A stretch of 64,000 bases of DNA from Enoplolaimus lenunculus (GCA_030248215.1 JASANG010000443.1:62001-126000), one strand, 5' to 3'. Counted from the first letter of the stretch, positions 22,841 to 35,042 are shown. Program-made: numbers and translations. Notes: generated by a model not told the origin, from the sequence alone.

Positions 22841-24166
22841 GGCCCATGTTAGCTTACATTCTAGACCAATTTTTTTGCTTAGGCTTAGGCTTACGAATAC
22901 GCTTTTGCAACGCTTAGGCTGTGGCTTAGGCTTAGGAATACGCTTTTGCAACGCTTAGGCTGTGGCTTAGGCTTAGGAATACGCTTTTGCAACGCTTAGG
23001 CTGTGGCTTAGGCTTAGGAATACGCTTTTGCAACGCTTAGGCTGTGGCTTAGGTTTAGGAATACGCTTTTGCAACGCTTAGGCTGTGGCTTAGGTTTAGG
23101 AATACGCTTTTGCAACGCTTAGGCTGTGGCTTAGGTTTAGGAATACGCTTTTGCAACGCTTAGGCTGTGGCTTAGGCTTAGGAATACGCTTTTCAACGCT
23201 TAGGCTGTGGCTTAGCTTAGATCGCTTTTCACGCTTAGCTGTGCTTAGCTTAGATCGCTTTTGCACGCTTAGCTTGGCTTAGCTTAGTACGCTTTTCACG
23301 CTTAGCTTGGCTTAGCTTAGTACGCTTTTGCACGCTTAGCTTGGCTTAGCTTAGATACGCTTTTCACGCTTAGGCTGTGGCTTAGGCTTAGGTCGCTTTT
23401 GCACGCTTAGGCTGTGGCTTAGGCTTGACGCTTTTGCACGCTTAGCTTGGCTTAGGCTTAGGATACGCTTTTCACGCTTAGCTGTGCTTAGGTTTAGATA
23501 CGCTTTTGCACGCTTAGCTGTGCTTAGGTTTAGTACGCTTTTGCCGCTAGCTTGGCTTAGGCTTAGGAATACGCTTTTGCACGCTTAGGCTGTGGCTTAG
23601 GCTTAGGATACGCTTTTGCAACGCTTAGGCTGTGGCTTAGGGTTAGGAATACGCTTTTGCAACGCTTAGGCAGTGGCTTAGGCTTAGGATACGCTTTTGC
23701 ACGCTTAGGCTGTCTTAGGCAAAACGCTTCCAAAAAAAAAAAGCTTAAGGCTTGCTTGGTTGTACCTTTTCACTGCTTAGGCTGTGGCTTAGGCTTAGGA
23801 ATACGCTTTTGCAACGCTTAGGCTGTGGCTTAGGCTTAGGAATACGCTTTTGCAACGCTTAGGCTGTGGCTTAGGCTTAGGAATACGCTTTTGCAACGCT
23901 TAGGCTGTGGCTTAGGCTTAGGAATACGCTTTTGCAACGCTTAGGCTGTGGCTTAGGCTTAGGAATACGCTTTTGCAACGCTTAGGCTGTGGCTTAGGTT
24001 TAGGAATACGCTTTTGCAACGCTTAGGCTGTGGCTTAGAAAACGCCAACGGAAAAAAACAAAAACAAAAAAGGCTTAGGATTAGGAATACGCTTTTGCAA
24101 CGCTTAGGCTGTGGCTTAGGCTTAGGAATACGCTTTTGCAACGCTTAGGCTGTGGCTTAGTTTAGG

Positions 24167-24203
<37 letters not shown>

Positions 24204-24690
24204 GCTTTTGCAACGCTTAGGCTGTGGCTTAGGCTTAGGAATACGCTTTTGAGCTTAGGCTGTGGCTTAGGCTTAGGATACGCTTTTGCACGCTTAGGCT
24301 GTGGCTTAGGTTAGGATACCTTTTGCAACGCTTAGCCGTGGCGCTTAGGTTTAGGAATACGCTTTTGCAACGCTCAGGCTGTGGCTTAGGCTTAGGAATA
24401 CGCTTTTGCAACGCTTAGGCTGTGGCTTAGGCTTAGGAATACGCTTTTGCAACGCTTAGGCTGTGGCTTAGGTTTAGGAATACGCTTTTGCAACGCTTAG
24501 GCTGTGGCTTAGGCTTAGGAATACGCTTTTGCAACGCTTAGGCTGTGGCTTAGGCTTAGGAATACGCTTTTGCAACGCTTAGGCTGTGGCTTAGGCTTAG
24601 GAATACGCTTTTGCAACGCTTAGGCTTTTAGGCTTAGGCTTAGTATAATGCGCTTAATCTACTGTTACGGCCCTAAAAGTAACATTGGCC
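22841..24690. repeat. 41-bp telomere-like satellite (about 43 copies) expanded inside a B2 MITE
   Basis: Unit aggaatacgcttttgcaacgcttaggctgtggcttaggctt, bounded by B2 ends ggcccatgtta.. and ..aaaagtaacattggcc. Confidence 0.9.
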
Positions 24691-24901
24691 CTCACACGTA
24701 TACCAATGCTTTGCATATGCTTTATACCGAAATGGTGTACCATTATCAACACCATCTGTGCAGTCGATCTGTTGGCGTCTTCCTGAAAATTTTTCACTTC
24801 AAGTAACAACTTTTTTAGTTTATGACATTTCACATCTGTGAATTTACAGCGTGTCATGCTTTACCGTTTGGTTATTTCAAAGACGATTAAACCGACGTAC
24901 T

Positions 24902-25552
24902 CACAGGCGGAGCCAGAAATGTCTGACGAGCGGACGGGATAGCAAATGTTATGAAACGCAAAAATTTTAAAAAGTATGGTATTTATCATTTTATCACAAA
25001 AAATTTGGGTATTTATCATTTTATCACAAAAAATTTGGGTATTTATCATTTTATCACAAAAAATTTGGGTATTTATCATTTTATCACAAAAAATTTGGGT
25101 ATTTATCATTTTATCACAAAAAATTTGGGTATTTATCATTTTATCACAAAAAATTTGGGTATTTATCATTTTATCACAAAAAATTTGGGTATTTATCATT
25201 TTATCACAAAAAATTTGGGTATTTATCATTTTATCACAAAAAATTTGGGTATTTATCATTTTATCACAAAAAATTTGGGTATTTATCATTTTATCACAAA
25301 AAATTTGGGTATTTATCATTTTATCACAAAAAATTTGGGTATTTATCATTTTATCACAAAAAATTTGGGTATTTATCATTTTATCACAAAAAATTTGGGT
25401 ATTTATCATTTTATCACAAAAAATTTGGGTATTTATCATTTTAATTGTCTGAGGGAGAAAATTGTAAGCTAGGAGGGACTTTATCATTTTAACACAAAGA
25501 ATTTGAGATGTGGGCGTACACCCGCCCGCCCCGTCCTCTAGATCCGTCAGTG
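24902..25552. mobile_element. hAT-like MITE containing a perfect 30-bp satellite (24978-25443, about 15.5 copies)
   Basis: TIR cacaggcggagccaga / tctagatccgtcagtg, TSD gacgtact/gacgcact, unit ggtatttatcattttatcacaaaaaatttg. Confidence 0.8.
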
Positions 25553-27115
25553 GACGCACTGAAAATTGTTTGGGTTGCGCTATACTCGCTGCACGCTACT
25601 GCGCCTGTACCGCGAGTCAAGTCGAAAACTTAATAAGAAACGCTCAGTGGTTCGCGTCAGCCGCCATGTGCCGACTCGGAGCACATCTAAAATAAACTTG
25701 ATCATGGCTCGGGACGCCGTACTGGTGCGGAGGGCGACGTGCGGCGTTAAACGGCAACGACCAGCGGCATACAGCGACTCGCCAGCGTAGGACTTCGTGG
25801 TGCAGCAACGGCGGACGGCGCTGCGTAGCGCCGAGCGGCGTTGTGCGACGCAGACAACGATATAGCGGGACTCTGTAGAAATTTTTAGTCAAAAATACAA
25901 AAGGTGGTTTAGAGTTTTGAAAAAGTGCATTTATTGATGCTTTAAAGAAACGTTTCGAAAAACGCCCAAAAATGTGTCTACGAACGATTTTCTGAGCGTA
26001 AGCGATTGACTTTAGAGTTTGTTCGGCTACAGAAACGCGTTTTGAAAGATGCTGCTTAAAGCGCTAAAGTGTTTAAAATAGGGTTTTATTTTTGACTTTA
26101 TTTCTAAATATGGACTTCCTCAAAGTATTAGCGCAACCCTTGAAGAGCACAATATCTTACCAAATGTTACTGCAGAAACAATGTCTTATTTTGAAGTTTA
26201 AAAATATGCTTATTCTAATGTTGCAATTATCACAAATTGCCAGTAAAATCAAAAATTTATTTAAAACTAAAAAAATGTTTTAAAATTAGGATGCAACCGG
26301 AAGTGAAAAATTTTGGAACAGAAACCAGCGGTCAATAAACTTTGTCGGGGCCGGAGTGGAAGCGAAATTAGATTCTTAAATTAATGTTTAATTGATTTAA
26401 TGGCATATAACCGGCAACCAAGATGCAACCGAACCGTAGCCAAAAACTTAAAAAAATACCGTAACTGGAACCATAAAACCAAAATACTTGTGACCGAAAA
26501 ATTCATTTTAACGCTATTTTATCGCTTTCAATGGTGTAAACACACTTCATTTAGAAGGCGAAAATTGTGAAACAAATGCAGCAAATGGAAATGTATGATA
26601 AATTACGGCGTTATGATACAAATGGAACATTTTGGCAATACGCACGCTCAGACATTTTTAAAAAAATAAGTTTGAATAATATGCCAATTATTCTTAAATT
26701 TTTGAATGAGAAAAATTTTCAATATCGAAAATACCGAAAAACAAAGCAAAAAATACCAGATTTATAGCCGGCACCAAATAGTGAAAAATACCGGATTTCC
26801 CTAACAGAACCGGAATTACGGTTGCACGCTGCCGGCAACGTGCCGCTGTCGATAATTTGAAATTAAATTTTTTTAAAATTCTCAACTACTAAACTTTCCA
26901 AAAATACCCTAAAGTTACAAACAAACTTTACTGAACGGCAAAACGTTTACAAAATTACGAACAATTTTACTCCCAAAATTGCCGGATCCTTCTGTATAAC
27001 CATTACTACCGGAGCGTTGTGCACTGATTATAAAATCCATATCCAGAGAACGTATTCTTTCAATGAACATCTTGAGCCAAGCGGGTCGAAAATATTTCAA
27101 ATGCATTAAAACAAT

Positions 27116-27453
27116 GGCCAATATAATGATCAGGGGCGGAACGTTTTAAGCTTTATTTCAATTTTTTTCTTATGGTTAGGCTTAGATATAGGAATATGGG
27201 CCCATGTAAAGATCAGGGATGGAAGGTTTTTCTGTGGGACTAGAAAAGAGTAAGCTTATTAAGTTTTAGACTTATTTTTTTGCTTGGCTTATGTTTAGGC
27301 TTAGGTTTAGGCTTAGGAATATGCTCATTCTTAGCTTAGGTTTAGGCTAAGGCTTAGGCTTAGGAATATGCTTATAATACTGTTCCGCACCCGTTCTTTG
27401 CATTGGCCAGAATATGCATGCACTGCTTCTATAGTCAGGTTCTATACAATGGC
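27116..27453. mobile_element. Family-B MITE with a second family-B copy nested inside (27199-27408)
   Basis: Inner copy has TSD ggaatatg/agaatatg and lies inside an outer ggccaatata..tatacaatggcc element. Confidence 0.75.
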
Positions 27454-27679
27454 CGAATGAATTCTGTTCGAAAATTTTTTCTTTCTTCTTTGCCTTTTAG
27501 AAATTTTCCTGTCTCCCATCCTAGTAACTTTTCGTTATGAGAGGGCTGTTGTGTAACAAACCTTAGTCAAACTGCTGTAGTTTATCGTAATCGTGTTATT
27601 TGTTTTTGTTATCTGTATATTTTTTGCTTATTGCCTTAGATAGCTGATTTTTGCAATTTAAAAACATAAATGCAGCTAA

Positions 27680-28943
27680 TGCGGGAGTCACGTTATAACT
27701 AGGGCAGTCGGATCACGTTTTGTCACATGTTCATCCGACATCAACACAAATTTTTGCTACCACCATATGATATGGCCAGAAGAAGGTCAAATATCATGAT
27801 ATATATATTGTTATATAAAGCACGGGCACACAGGTCATCTCAATTTGATTATACAGTTTAAGTGCATAATATCATATTCCATTATGCGGGGTTCACGTTA
27901 CCGATTGTGCGCTTGGGATCTGTTTTGTCACCTACCCATAGCAGGAGGTAGAAACAACCTATATGAATAGGTTTCTAGCTAGCTACTACCCATATGGGTA
28001 CCTTACGTTTGTAGCTATGGGTAGCTAGTCTTCGGTTTGTTACCCATATGGCTACCTTGAGTTTGTTTTAACAATATTTATAGTTTGCGTAATTTTTTAG
28101 ATTTTTTCCAAAGATATACTGTAAAAAGACTAGACCAGACTTGTAAAACAAAACTCACTGTACTGAGCTGTTTAAAAAGCAAGCTTGAAAGTGCATTATG
28201 TTGACATCTATATGGGCTACGAGTAGACATCTCGACTCTACCCATATGGGTAGGTCAAAATTTCAAAAACCTAGCTATGTGCAACATTTTATTTTCTGTT
28301 GGTATCCATATGGGTAGCAAAAAAGTTAGTGTGTACCGCCATGGCCAAAGTGACAAAACAAGTACCAAGCGCACAATTGGTAACGTGAACCCCGCATTAT
28401 GTAGTTTAAACGTATCGTACGACAGTCCGCACAAATTTGGATTTTCCCCCCAAATTTGAACTTTTTTTGCCAAAATTTGAATTTTTCCGTCAAATTTTGA
28501 ATTTTCTTGCAAAAACTTAAATTTCCATCCCAAATTTGAATTCCCCCCAAAATTTGAATTTTCCAGCCAAAATATAATTTCCGGCCAAAATTTAAATTTC
28601 CCGCCATAATACTGGTATTTATTTACCTTGTCTTGTAATATCATATGATACTGATGGTATATGTCTGTTAGTATCATATGATATTCAGCCATAAGCAAAC
28701 CTAATTATGTAAAACCTGACTCAGTAGACGTTTTCAAAATGATCATATAATATTATATTGACAGACGATGCTGAAAATAGCATATGATATTGAAAGACAA
28801 AGCTTGACCGATACATGATGGTAACAGACAACTATCGTTCTTGGAATATCATATTGGGTTGCATCGCAGACAAAATGTTACCCATTATGTAGAATGTGAC
28901 AAAACGTGACCCAAGTTGCCCCATTTATAACGTGAACCCTGCA
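27680..28943. mobile_element. Harbinger-like element (TGCGGGGTTCACGTTA TIR, TAA TSD) with a related nested element at 27885-28396 (TTA TSD)
   Basis: Outer: taa|tgcgggagtcacgttataa..ttataacgtgaaccctgca|taa. Inner: tta|tgcggggttcacgtta..taacgtgaaccccgca|tta. Confidence 0.75.
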
Positions 28944-28968
28944 TAACCATGGTTAAACCAATGTCCTA

Positions 28969-29409
28969 CGCCCGTGTTCACAAATGTGTGTTGCACATAT
29001 CTCCAATCCTTAGTTACTGATAGATCTTGAACCAATGGTAAGGATAGAAATTTAGCGAATTGTTTGCACTTGATTTGCCCTACTTCTGTCCAATTTTGAG
29101 ATCTGCAATTGCCGAAGGTGGTCGGTTTGAAAACCTATCGCTAACTGATGATGAGTGCTATATACGCGTTTGAGAATAAGAGACCTAAGCCCGTATTCTC
29201 AAATGTGTGTAGCACATATTACCAGTTGGTGATGGATCTTGTAACTTTTGAACCAGAAAACGGCGAAGTTTAAAATTCAGCGCATGTGTTGCATTTTGCA
29301 TTCAATTTACGCTACTGCGGTACAAATTTTGAGATCTGCAATTGCAGCAGTTTGTTAGGTCGAATAACTAACTTGTGATCGGTGCTACGCACATTTGAGA
29401 ATACAAGCC
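28969..29409. mobile_element. Two adjacent family-C MITEs (28969-29184, 29188-29409) sharing CTA target duplications
   Basis: Pattern cta-[element]-cta-[element]-cta, with TIR gcccgtattctcaaatgtgtgtagcac. Confidence 0.75.
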
Positions 29410-29654
29410 CTAGATTTAAGGCGGTTACAAGTATTGGACATTCATACATAAAGTCGTATCCTAATTATGTATGGCACGTATGACTAGTTAGCAAGTCAAC
29501 AGATTAACATTTTATTAAGAAAATATTCATGTGGAAAATGGTTAAAATTCAGCAGGTTACATAGGATTTTCGAGTACTAATTTAAAAACAAAACGTTTCT
29601 GATAAATGTTAAAAGTGATGGCCGATGTATAGAATAGGGGCGGAACAATATATA

Positions 29655-29897
29655 CGCTGTAAAATTCCAATTAGTTGATTAATCAAGTCAGAGAGAATAA
29701 TAGTTTTTTCTGGTTATTTCGGGGTTAATAACAAAAAATACTAACTCTCACCCTGAGCTGATTTAATTCCCAGTTGAGTTAATCAACTCAGGATGAGTCC
29801 AATCGATTCACAATTCTGAGTTCTGAATGACCTAATTCAGAGCTCAGACTAGTGAGTGAATTCAAGAGTTAAAATCAACTCAGTGAAATTTTCAGCG
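29655..29897. mobile_element. Family-A MITE inserted into a family-B element (about 29620-30004)
   Basis: TA TSD. The B sequence ggccgatgtatagaataggggcggaacaata resumes as gtataagtatattcctaaacctaagcc after the insertion. Confidence 0.75.
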
Positions 29898-30229
29898 TAG
29901 TATAAGTATATTCCTAAACCTAAGCCTAAGCATGTCTAAGCCTAAAACCTAAGCTAAATATAGTCTAAAACTAAAGTTTACTCTGTTCCAGAGCCACAGA
30001 AAACTACAGATACGAGCGTTTTAAAGTGTTCTCAACGCAATACCGTCAACCGGAGGTTGTCGGAAAATTGCGCAAAATCTTACATCAGCTGGTTATGCAT
30101 GATACAGGAGTGTGCAATTGTTGGGATTCCGCATGGTACAAAATGAACACGACACGCGTTGTTCGGCCGAGCCGATTGCCCTTATTTAGGGAGGGTAAAA
30201 CCTGTTCAAAGTATCGCACTGCCTATGTA

Positions 30230-30476
30230 CACTGTAAATTTCAATGAGTTGATTAATCAATTCAGCTAGCGAGTTGGTTATTTCTGAATTAATATTATGT
30301 AAACATAAACTCACTCTGGGTTAAGTTGATTCCGACTCTGAGTTGAGTTGACTCTGGGTGTGTTGATTAATTAACTCAAAATGAATTGAATCAACTCAAA
30401 ATACTGAGTTATGATAGTCCTAACTCGGGTGAGTGATTGATTCTGAGTTAAAATCAACTCACTCAAATTAACAGTG
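30230..30476. mobile_element. Family-A MITE, TSD TA
   Basis: ta|cactgtaaatt..aattaacagtg|ta. Confidence 0.85.
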
Positions 30477-30488
30477 TATGCTTCAACG

Positions 30489-30711
30489 GGCCAATGTATA
30501 GAACAGGGGTGGAACGGTATTATAAGTATATTCCTAAGCGTATTAAGCCTAAGCCTAAGCCTAACCGTAAGAATGACCTAATAACTATTAAGTCTAACCC
30601 TAACGTCGAAACATAAGTTTAAGCCTATATGCAAAAAGATAGGTTACAGCTTAAGCTTACTCTATTCCAGTCACACAGAAAAACGTTTCGCTCCTGATCT
30701 TTACACGCGCC
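30489..30711. mobile_element. Family-B MITE just upstream of the LRR gene
   Basis: ggccaatgtatagaacagggg..ctgatctttacacgcgcc, TSD cttcaacg/cgacaacg. Confidence 0.8.
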
Positions 30712-30954
30712 CGACAACGCGTATGAATTGCCGCTTGGCAACACACAATTTGTAAACAAAAATTTTTTTACTTGCGGTGACGTACGGCGGTATCGCGTCA
30801 TCCTTATAATCTTACGTCATTGAAGTTATTTTTGATTCGTTAATCCTAAATAATCAAATTATCAAATATGTTTCAAAGCGAAAATTGCAAACATTCCACG
30901 AAAAACGAAAAATAGCAAAATTTCTTAAAAAAAATCAGAAACAAAAAACGTGAA

Positions 30955-32649
30955 ATGGCACAACTCAACCGGTGGCTTGTAATAATTGTTTCGTTGGCGA
31001 TAGCTGAAATGGTTTTAACGGCTAAATCTTCTCAAAATTGTACAATTTGTCCTGCTCCAGCGCAAGAATGTCAATGTTTTCGACGATTAATTTCATGCAA
31101 ATTCGCATCTCAGTTTCCAATTTTCGCTCAAAATTCAACTCAACCTCCGTGTGAACGCAACATCGATATTCGAATTGATACATCTCAGTTTTCGGAAACA
31201 CTATATCCATTACATTTTACTCGAGACATTTTAGCAAATTTTGCTAAATTCAACGACCAAAATGGTGCAAATTTTTCAATTTCAACACTTTCAATCGTCG
31301 GATCTCGATACGCTTGTGGAACTGCCGTTGAAAATCAAACATTGAACGAGTTTATAATTGATTCAAACGCGTTCGACGGACTTCAAATTGACTCAATTCA
31401 ACTCGAGTGCGTTCCGTTGCGTCATCTTAACGCGAGTTCGTTTGATGGCGTTCAACATTTAACTCAACTTCGTGTTGCGTCTGGAGCGATTTCAGAAATA
31501 CGTCCGGGTACTTTCAACAGCTCGCTCGGAGCGACACTCATTGAGTTGAGTATCATTAATTCGAGATCGGGTCAATTGTTGCTTCATCAGGAGTCGTTTG
31601 TCGGCTTGAATCGGTTGAAAAAATTGCAATTATCCGGTAATCGAAATTTAGCAGCTGCCGTTCATTTATCACCGGTATTTGCGTCGCTTCCGTTATTGAA
31701 TCTGCTGGATTTAACCCGTTGTTCAATTACAAACGTAATGTTGTGGAATTTCGAAGGCTTAAAGTCACTGGAAACCTTAGAACTGGCCCAAAATTCGTTG
31801 ACCCGAAGCCCAGCGGTATTTTTGTCACTGCAACGCTTACCAATTAGCCGGTTGTCGTTCGGGGTTACAGACAACGCGGTAATTGATATGTGTTCGTTTG
31901 TCGAACGTTTACCTAATTTAACTCAATTAGTAATTGATTTTTCACAAGTTGCTCGTTGGGAGTTTCATTCAGTTCAACTGAACAGTAAACGTCGTTGCCG
32001 TCCGAACCGATTCAGCGTTTCAATGGAAACTTCAAAGCGACGTTCAAATTTGAACGTATTTTTCAATCTGCTCCATCGTATATTTTCTATTGATCGAACG
32101 CCTAATTCAAAGATCTATAAAGGTGTCAACGAGTCAAACTTTGCTACCGAAACAACTTGTGAAATCGACAAAAACCAGGTCGATACCGAGTTTTCTTGTG
32201 CGTCTCTGGGACACTTCAACCAATCAAGTATCGTCGAAATATCACAAGAACAGTTCAACCAATCAAGTATCATCGAAATATCACAAGAACAGGTCAACCA
32301 ATCAAGTATCGTCGAAATATCACAAGAACAGTTCAACCAATCAAGTATCATCGAAATATCACAAGAACAGTTCAACCAATCAAGTATCATCGAATTATCA
32401 CAAGAACAGCAACAATGTTACATACCTCCTACCCGTTTAATACTCGACTTTACTTGGGTTCCGCAACGATTCGTCAGCCCAAAAATATCAAAATTCGTTT
32501 GTAACACATTTCAAAATGTTAGCATAATTGACGCAAAATATTTAAATCCATTCATTAGAGAAAAGCTTAAATGTCAGTGGAAACATACTATTGGCCATGA
32601 TAACTTAAAGTGTTGCTGCAACGATGGGACGTGTGACTCTACAGGTTGA
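30955..32649 (+). CDS. Intronless secreted leucine-rich-repeat protein (564 aa) with a 13-aa tandem repeat and a Cys-rich C-terminus
   Basis: Long ORF with a hydrophobic N-terminal signal (WLVIIVSLAIAEMVLTA), an LRRNT-like CPAPAQECQC and several extracellular-type LRRs (FDGVQHLTQLRV, FVGLNRLKKLQLSGN, FEGLKSLETLELAQNSL). No obvious TM helix. Confidence 0.85.
   Translation: MAQLNRWLVIIVSLAIAEMVLTAKSSQNCTICPAPAQECQCFRRLISCKFASQFPIFAQNSTQPPCERNIDIRIDTSQFSETLYPLHFTRDILANFAKFNDQNGANFSISTLSIVGSRYACGTAVENQTLNEFIIDSNAFDGLQIDSIQLECVPLRHLNASSFDGVQHLTQLRVASGAISEIRPGTFNSSLGATLIELSIINSRSGQLLLHQESFVGLNRLKKLQLSGNRNLAAAVHLSPVFASLPLLNLLDLTRCSITNVMLWNFEGLKSLETLELAQNSLTRSPAVFLSLQRLPISRLSFGVTDNAVIDMCSFVERLPNLTQLVIDFSQVARWEFHSVQLNSKRRCRPNRFSVSMETSKRRSNLNVFFNLLHRIFSIDRTPNSKIYKGVNESNFATETTCEIDKNQVDTEFSCASLGHFNQSSIVEISQEQFNQSSIIEISQEQVNQSSIVEISQEQFNQSSIIEISQEQFNQSSIIELSQEQQQCYIPPTRLILDFTWVPQRFVSPKISKFVCNTFQNVSIIDAKYLNPFIREKLKCQWKHTIGHDNLKCCCNDGTCDSTG
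32215..32409 (+). repeat. Coding 39-bp VNTR (5 x FNQSSI(V/I)EISQEQ) in the LRR gene
   Basis: Five near-identical 39-bp units in frame. Confidence 0.9.
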
Positions 32650-32696
32650 ACTCGAAGCGCTGGTGAAATGATTTAAGTAAGTTCATCTATTTTGAT

Positions 32697-32978
32697 GGCC
32701 CATGTATAGAACAGGGCCGGAACAGTAGTATAAGCATATTCCTAAGCCTACGCCTAAGCCTAAGCCTAAGCCTTAGCCTAAACCTAAGCCTAAGCCTAAG
32801 CCTAAGCCTAAGCCTTAGCCTAAACCTAAGCCTAAGCCTAAGCATAAGCCTAAGCGTATGGGTAGCCTATTCCTGAGCCTGAGAGCCTAAGTCTAAGCCA
32901 AAAAATTGGTCTAAAGCTTAAACTGACTCTATTATAGCCTCTCCGAAAAACGATCCGGCCCTATTCTATACATGGGCC
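32697..32978. mobile_element. Family-B MITE with a long (GCCTAA)n tract, 47 nt after the LRR stop
   Basis: TIR ggcccatgtatagaacagggccgg..ccggccctattctatacatgggcc, perfect 8-bp TSD attttgat, about 19 hexamers. Confidence 0.9.
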
Positions 32979-35039
32979 ATTTTGATTAGATATAACCCAC
33001 ATCAAAGACTGCTGCCTGGGCGATATAAGACATATTGCATTCTACTTAGAATAGATATAAAGATTGTCATACCTAGGGCTGATTTATTAATATCGGTCCT
33101 AGGACCTATCCCTCTAGTATATATACAACTAAGGGCAATAACTATAATATCGCCCAAACCTGCACGGCAATAACAGTCATGCTGTAGTGACCCGAATAAG
33201 AGGGGGCTGACATTTATTTGGCCTCTCCAGAGGGTGCTCCCCTTGTTATTCGGTTACGGACTGTTATTTTTTAACCCACGCTCCGCCGCCCTTCGTTACT
33301 GATATATATCCGGTACTGCAAGTATCCGTTGAATTAAACGTTTATTTGTCTTGTATCAGCTTGAGCTAAAATACAAGGTTATACTTAGGAATGTACTTTC
33401 AAAATTTAAGTACGCTTTAAAGTTTCGAACTCAAATTATTTGGTTCTGGAGTCATTTATGTGCTACAATTAGGGTTTATTGACATTTATGGAGTCTAATG
33501 AGGGTTTAGGGACTCTATCCGCTTACGGACTCTTATTAGGGATACGGACTCGTAGCTTTTAGGAGGCAGTGTGATGAACACTGAAGCCAAAAACTTCAGT
33601 ATCTTGCACACTGAAGGTTTTTGGCTTCAGTATCCGGGGCATTGAAATCAAAAGCCTCCAGTATCCGGGACACTAAAACAGAAAAGCTCCACTATCCGGG
33701 ATACTGACCCCAAAAAAAGATTAAGTGTCTATGACACAACCCTTTGAAAGTTTCCTGGCGTACGCATGATATTGTGAAAGTTGCATAAAAATTTACGAAA
33801 TTAAACCACTTAACTACATATATACGGTTTTTTAGAGTGGCAGGGGTTAAACAAGGAAACTGAGTTTGCGAAATTTCATCACAACACGAAACATTTTCAT
33901 AAAATATGGTTCATTAGATTGAGATGGAACAAAGACCCAAGGACCACGCTCCCAGAATAAAGCAGCAAAACAATTTTCACCAAAACAGTATTGCTGTCTC
34001 ACAGTCGTTTGTTGCAAACAATAAAGTTGTATTTCCTAAGCATAAGCCTAAGCCTAAACCTATTAAGTCAAGCAGAAAAGTTTGTTTAAACCTGAAGCTT
34101 ACTATATATTGCAGTCCGACAAAAAAACGTTCCGCCCCTGATCTTTTACATGGGACGATTTCAGTAACAACAAAGCTATTGCCTATATTATCAAATGCGT
34201 ATAGAATTTATCAAAAGTTAGCCATAGATCTTCAAACTCTGGCAATTGCGGATTTGAAAATTGACACAAAAGTAGGACAAGTAAAGTGTACCAAACGCGC
34301 TGATTTTCGAACGTCGATATTGCTGGTTTGAAAAATACAAGACCTATTAATAACTGGTAATACGTGCTACACACATTTGAAAATACGGGTATAAAAAGTA
34401 AACGACATATCTGTTTTTTGTTAAATATATGGTATCACGACAATTCGTCGCCAGGCAACTCGTCGACCCGACAACTCGTGCTCTGCCGCTGGGTACAACT
34501 CGTCCAACACAAGAGTGAGACTATATACATTTCTTGCGGTTTTTTCTCTAATCGAAAATCGAATACTATTAAGCGTACAACATGAAGCCTAATCTAATAA
34601 CCTAAAGCCTAACGGTTAATCTTAGTCAAGCCTTAGCCTACTCAGATTCTGTGCTGCCAGCAAACGAAACCGCCTGTTTAAAGTAACACGAGTCCTTCAA
34701 CAATTTATGTTACGGAGTCATAAGTGTGGCACTTCCGTGAACTATGGCCCGTTTTGGTTCCTTGCATCGACTTGTACAAAAGTGCCCTGGAAATGTTCAA
34801 ATATGTAAGGATAAGGTCAATCTGTGCCGAGTCACTGGCTTAGACAAAGGGCTTCCCCTGCCATAGGTCATGGCTGACACCAACAGAGATGGATTCCAAT
34901 ATTTTGTATTATTTGTTACAAAAATTGCGTTTGGATTTTGGTTTGTTTCGCTCGCGAGTAGTTTCGATTAAAAGTAGCATCGACCAAGTCAGAAATTTGT
35001 GGATTGGTCACCTGTGAACCAGCATTGTAAGGAGATCAT

Positions 35040-35042
35040 CAT

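Noticed and set aside
22841..24690. True telomere or chromosome-fusion scar
   Set aside because: Hexamers are interrupted by a fixed spacer, bounded by MITE termini and not arranged head-to-head.
24861..25559. ORFs (MINTQIFCDK)n, (GIYHFITKNL)n and (VFIILSQKIW)n
   Set aside because: Artefacts of the perfect 30-bp tandem repeat.
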